From: Octopus sinensis
Taxonomy: Eukaryota
NCBI RefSeq assembly: GCF_006345805.1
Contig: NW_021833039.1
Span: forward strand, 22,458 to 86,457
Reading direction: 5' to 3'
Length of the DNA stretch: 64,000 nucleotides
In this document: in pieces, positions 58,382-64,000 of the stretch
Layout: each line of letters opens with the position of its first letter
How positions within the stretch are numbered: position 1 is the stretch's first letter
Program-made: the position numbers and the translations under genes
Notes under the pieces: model-generated
Told to the model about the DNA's origin: nothing
Seen by the model: the letters and a program-made list of their open reading frames with translations, nothing else
Database searches by the model: none

Positions 58382-58889
58382 ATGTTTACCTGTGTCATTT
58401 CCCGCACTCTGTCCTCCACAGGAATCACTCAACTTAAACACGTGGCCATTGCAGTGCCCTCCCCCCAACAAATCGGGAGTATTCTCCACCACCTCCTCTC
58501 ACTGACCACCCCCCTCTTCACTGTAATATTCCACTCCCTCACCCCAGCCAGTCACTTCGCAGAGAGTAAAAGTCTGCTTTAACAACTCGTTAAACACACA
58601 AGTCGAGGTTGGTTTGCCCACTGATTCCAGTTCATTTGTCCACTGGGCGACGACAGTCCAATATCTCGGTTTGTCCAGCAGAAAAAGGGACTCCATCACA
58701 TTTGCCTGGGCGTATTTCTCTCTTGGTGACTCGAAGGTTCCCAGTCTGGACGAGTTTGTCACCAGACTGAGAAATAATGGCGTGAGGACGATATCACGGA
58801 AGCCCTTCATTGGGGCTCACGGAAGTAGAGTTATTTTCCTCCACCCAAAGGATTGCCACGGTGTTCTCATAGAACTGGAAGAAAATTAA
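58382..58889 (+). CDS. MCEE: Methylmalonyl-CoA epimerase
   Basis: LKHVAIAVP, GLHHICLG|V, IGAHGSRVIFLHPKDCHGVLIELEE. Confidence 0.95.
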
Positions 58890-58951
58890 AAATAATTAAT
58901 ATTTTAATTATATTTATTCAAATAATATTTCTTTATCACGTGCACAACCAG

Positions 58952-61419
58952 ATGATTCACCTTAATCAACTTTTTGCGGGATTGCCTCCCACAGAGAGCA
59001 CAGTGGAGGAAATAGAGGAACACATCAAATCATTTATTGCACTCAACCAGAGCACGTACTCTCTTGTGGTATTCGTAGAGACCTCGTCGAGGCAGTAAAG
59101 GAATGTGTCTGTGAGTTCATCACACATAACTATTCCACCAGGCCTAAAGAGGCACCCCCATTCCCCATCAAAGTAAAAGACCACATTTATAGCCCAGATT
59201 GACTCACATTCAATGGAAGCCCTCCTATGTTCAAACGGAGAGAACCTCACTCCAGGATATAATTTTCCCGCCCTCTCAGTGGCCTATTTGTTGGTGAACC
59301 AGCCATCCCAGTCGACTGTAATGCACATCCCTAAGAGTAGAGAATGATGTTGTGGAGACTGCGAGTGCTCGTTCTCCTCCAAAGCACTCTCTCTGAACTG
59401 TCCCCCCTCTTGAAGGACAAATGCCTCCACTTGGTCGACTCAAGTGAGTGTCTGTGTAATGCCCAGTCACCCACTCCCCCGAATATCCCTGTTTCATGTC
59501 CCAGGAGGGCACCACTGAGTTGGACTTTTTGTTGGAGATTGGATATATTTACGAGGAATACTTCGAATGGGACAAACTGAACAAAGTTCTCCAAACCATC
59601 CACCAAAAGAAGGAGATCACGGTCGAGTCGACTGGTCGGGTGTTGTGGTGACCCTCAGGTGTGCCTGGGCGGACTACTCTCCACCAAACATTCGACGTGA
59701 CCCAGCTGGTGGTGCTCATTCGTCGATCTGCCGACACAGTCCCTCCATTCCCCCCACATTCCCCCTCCCCCATTCAGGATATTCCCCTCAATGACGACGT
59801 TCTCCTGGAGAAAATGAAGCCTTCAGTGGAGATGCCCCCAGTCCCCTCTCTGTCCCCCTCCGAAGTGGCCCTCGTCCTCTTCGAAGCGTATGTGCCTGAT
59901 TAACATCCAGTCGACATGAACTGAGTCGGCGAGCTCGGGATGCCACTCAGGACATGATTGTGTCTGCATATTGCCAAGTATTGTGTCCTCTCACCCACAG
60001 ACCCTCCTGAGTCTCGATTTGAACGTGTTTGCCCACGCGGCAGTCCTCTTCACTCGGTGTCTGGTCGAACTGTCCTCCCCCAACAGAATTCAGAGAGCAT
60101 TGATGCAACTGGAGGTGGCCTGTGCTCACATTGGCAGGAGTTGGTCAAACCTCGAAGTACAGCATTCACCCTGGCACACTTCTTTTCGATTCGTCCACCC
60201 TCCCTCTACTGCATTAGAGTACGCGGGGGTCTGACTGTAGTGCAAATTATGTCGTGTTTATATGAGTGGAGGACTGTACTCCTCCGCCCTCGAGTTGTTG
60301 GAGAGTCTGGAGAAGTGGGATGACCTCATCGAGTGTTATGGACACCTCGAGCAGAGAGCGAAGGTCGGGCAGTCCTTTATTGTAGGCAGAGGAGTTGATA
60401 AGACGGCGGATTGCAGAAAAGGAGACGCCTGCTCTGTTGTGCTACTTGGGGTGTGTGACCAAGGAGGCTGAGCACTACCACCGAGCCTGGGAACTGTCGG
60501 GGCACAAGTCCGGGGCGGCTCAGCGAGGACTGGCATTTCTGCACTTCCACCGGACACAAACCAAGGAGTCCATTCCCTACTTCCGTCGAGCAGTGGAAAT
60601 TAATTCGTTGATGGTTGGTGGTGTTAGTAATGCAGTACTATGTCTGGTTTTCCTATGGCTGTGCCTGCATGGCCGAGTCCTCTTCAAAGAGGCCGCCAAA
60701 TGCTTCCTGGCCTGCATTCGAATAGAGAACGAGGTCTGTCTGTCAATATTGTAGAGTTCCAAAGCGTGGACCAATTTGTCAGTGTGTGTAATGCAGTACG
60801 ACACCGAGTATTTGTGTCTGTCTACTCGTAGTAAGAAGAGGTGCATTCGAATGGCCCAGGAGGCAGCCCGTCTGGACTACGACAACCCCAAAGTGTGGGA
60901 GAATGTGTTATATGTACTCCCCTCGTCTCAGTATTCCAGCTCACTGTCGACACCACTCAGGTCAGTCTGGCCATTCAAGCATATCAACGACTCCTTGATA
61001 TAAACCACAAATTCAGAGATCTCGAAATCTTGTTGTCCTTGGCCTCCCTCCCGAGTGGAGACCACACAGCCAAATTGATGGAGTTGTGTGTTCGTCACGA
61101 AAAGACGTGTGTGGAGGACGGAAAGGACGGTCTCCTCCTCTATGCCACACTGTCCACTCTGCAGAGGAAAGTGGTGGATGGCTCTTGTTTTTGTGCAGAG
61201 GAGTATTTATTGGTGGTGGGGTGGTGGCTGATTATAGTTGTTGGAATATATGAGCAAGTGTTTGAACCATCAACTCCACATCCAAGGGTGGACTGCCTGT
61301 GTCAGCACTGTCCAGTCCGTCGAGGAGAGATGCTGTGACTTGTTGGAGTGTATGAGTTCTCTTATAACTGCCAGGCTGCAAGTATTATGCTGAAAGGGTT
61401 ACTGCTAATTATTCTCTGA
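58952..61419 (+). CDS. TTC27: Tetratricopeptide repeat protein 27
   Basis: SALELLESLEKWDDLIECY, EKETPALLCYLG...YHRAWELS..KSGAAQR, DNPKVWEN TPR array. Confidence 0.88.
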
Positions 61420-63049
61420 GGAATTTTCTCTCTTCCACTCAGTCAATAATTGAGAGGCTTAGTAGAATGTTGAGAAATGAGTTTGATGAGGTATTGTCTT
61501 CTCCTCATAATAGTCGGCTATTGGCAATCACTCACTTGTTCATCGCTTGGTTTGCTCCTTTCGTGATTTGATTGACAGTCTTTCTTGATTTTATATTACT
61601 TTTTACATATATTTATTGTCTCTTTTCTTTAAGGATCCTTTTTAACCTGTTTTGTTTTGGAATATTTATCAATAAATAGCCAATATTATTCTAAGATAAT
61701 TTGAAACAACATTTGACTATGAATAAAATGTGAATGAATGAATTGATGAATCAAACGATATTAAAAATGCAGATGGCAATATTTAACTTTTGAACGATTT
61801 GTGGAATAATTTGTTTTCTATTCTTTTTAACAGATATCAAAATAAGCATTTTTGCAAGTCAAGCCTATTCTGGTTTAAATAATTGCTGAAAAATTGTTTG
61901 GAGGCATTGTAGTAGCTAACAATTGCTTTGATGTCATTAAATTTATTTATTTACGTCTCATATGTTGTGCAACTTTTTTAATCATTGCTGGTTTCAAGAC
62001 TGTGGATCTTTGCTACATGATTTTCATTTACACATTTGTCGCAAGTTCTGAATAAAACAATTAAAAAAGTAAAAAATACTATTCAATCGATTGTGCCTAA
62101 TACTCATACTTTATAAGAGACCTGGCATTTAGGTAAATAACAAATGCAGTCTGATTTCGTCGAGATATTCCTATAAAACAAGGACCAATTGTATTAAAAC
62201 TACAAAGAAAAACGTAGAATATAGAGAAACCATGCAAGAAATAGTTAAAAGTTCCCAGACTTGTGTATCTGTAAATCCACTGGAATAGAAATTTATATTC
62301 CAAAAGGCGACACCTTATCGTCTGTATTATTTGTTATCTATCTGGGCGCTGCTCAAAATGCTAGGCAGTCCGAGTGATAAATCTCCTACAGTGAATAATA
62401 GATGATCTGAAAGTGTTTTCTGAAAAAAATAAACAGATGATTAGAATGATGAGTTAAGTTGGTGCTTTATTAAACTGGTGAAATAAAACGGAATCTAAAA
62501 AAATTGATGCAGAATCAGTGTTTTTAGATTGAAAAACATGCCTCTTTGGCATTAACATTAAGATTAGAAAAGCTTATAATTTAATTTTTTAAGTTTTTTT
62601 ACAAACTTCCGCAATTTTTCTTTTCGTTGACATTTATTTATTTATTTCGTTGACATAAATACATTTTCTGGCTATCCATTCGGTATTGACTCCAATATTG
62701 CAAATTATTAATTTTCAAATATTTCAACTTTTTCGGCGAATTTTTAATACCGATCAAAAATTTTTTATCTCTCATGTATTTTGTCACTACTCGGGAAGTT
62801 AGACTAGGTTATCCAATTAAGTCGACTTATTCCCGTTTTAAGACTAAGTATCCCCTTAATTAATCCTTTAACGTTCCACGTCGGGAACTTGTGCGATTCT
62901 GTGTAATGAAGACTTCGTGATTTGATTATGTCGCGACCCACGATGGCGAATAATCAGTTTGACAGGTTATGACTTCAGGTTTGACAGGTGATTATTTGAT
63001 ATTCACGGAAAAAAAAAAAAAAAAAAAACTGCACGTTGTTGTGTTGTGG

Positions 63050-64000
63050 TGACTTTTTTCTTTTCTTTTCTTGTTATTTGCTATCCATAATCCATTGTTG
63101 CTTCCCTTTCTCTTTTTTGTTTTCTTTTCCTCTTCTATTTCTTTCTATCTCACCAATAATCCATTTTTTGCTAATTCTAATTTTCCATATCTATGTCTGT
63201 CTGTTCTGTTTGCAATATCCGTAAAATCGAAAAAGACCATTCCGTTGGGACCGTTGTTATGCCTTTTTCCATTTATCCTGCATCAAGCTTCTAAGAAATC
63301 TGCCCCTTCCCTTCCCGATGGTTTGCTCTGCTTGCTCTTCTTTCCCCCGTCATATTTCGCTCTGCCATCTGTACCGGGTCCTCTGATTTTACTAATCCTA
63401 TCCCTTCGCCGGAACCTTCCTGCTTAATCCAGAGTCTGTCTTAAGACTCGCTCGTGATTACCGGGCGTCCTATCGTATTCCTATAGAATTCCTCGTTCTG
63501 CCCGTTTTTCGCGGCGAAGCTCTGTCTGCTTTGATCGAGTCAGTCATTTGTGTTCAGTCCATTCCGAATTGGAACGGTTGTTTTGCTTTGCCATATTTGC
63601 CCTGGGCTCCCCAGTTCAAGGCTTGGGCTCGGTAAAATCCCTTTCCTCTTCCATCAAGGAAAATATTAATAAGTTCATGGAGGATTCCTTCATTCTGCCT
63701 CCTCTTCTGGGCAAGTCCCATGACCCAACTACTCTTAAGATATCGTATTCGTTTACGCCAAACGGTCAATTCCTGCCTTATGGGCGCATGATGTCGGCTC
63801 GCGGTCCGTATTCTTTCGTCTTCCGATTCCGTCCGTTCGATAACCCGGATGTCCTCAAAATTCTCAGCGCCAAGCACCCGGCTGGCGATGTCCCTGCCTT
63901 TTGTGCCCGGACCCTGAGGAGGTCTCGATCGCCTCTTCATCTGTCCAACAACTTTGTTTGCTTGAAATCTTTCAGGGGGAACAGTAGTGGTGGGTTGACG
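63050..64000 (-). mobile_element. Degenerate non-LTR retrotransposon fragment (pre-RT region, R4/RLE-like)
   Basis: Basic ORF with ...RIRYLK...FYR and a downstream GPGTDG (KAPGxDG-like) motif; stops and frameshifts. Confidence 0.4.

Noticed and set aside
62097-62303. APE endonuclease start (YLNARSL)
   Set aside because: Only a 7-aa resemblance followed by a stop; insufficient.

Overview
Eukaryotic nuclear DNA from a highly compacted metazoan genome. Evidence for a metazoan: PRD-class homeobox, Smad, CaMKII, ELAV, HP1 and an ShKT peptide. Nearly all genes are split by GT-AG micro-introns of about 20-30 nt (mode 22-25), so the ORF track fragments or misses many of them. This fits a dicyemid-like reduced parasite (inference; an orthonectid or myxozoan is not excluded). 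Bases ~1-16.6 kb are an AT-rich nest of decayed transposons: Helitron, two Tc1, two hAT types, pogo, Merlin, a CRE-type RLE retroelement and several LINEs. One hidden LisH/CEP20-like gene lies among them. Bases ~17-61.4 kb are gene-dense, with some intergenic gaps of only 22-62 nt: ShKT peptide, Smad, a ThrRS paralogue, U2AF1, tetraspanin, SAP-RING, DLST, UBR E3, CaMKII, oxidosqualene cyclase, Prop-like homeobox, UQCC1, PRCP, CDC45, MBLAC1, CIP4/FNBP1, ELAV, BAH protein, bZIP, HP1, MCEE and TTC27, interrupted by 5'-truncated LINEs. The most striking item is an intact ~14-intron threonyl-tRNA-synthetase paralogue (20.9-23.2 kb) that has lost its ATP-, zinc- and editing-site residues, i.e. a candidate new aaRS pseudo-enzyme. 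Next are an oxidosqualene cyclase with a non-canonical product-determining triad (T/Y/I), a secreted two-ShKT micro-protein, a linker-less Smad without SSXS, and several frame-preserving stop-free micro-introns. Gene models were spliced by eye and family calls rest on motif recall, not database searches.
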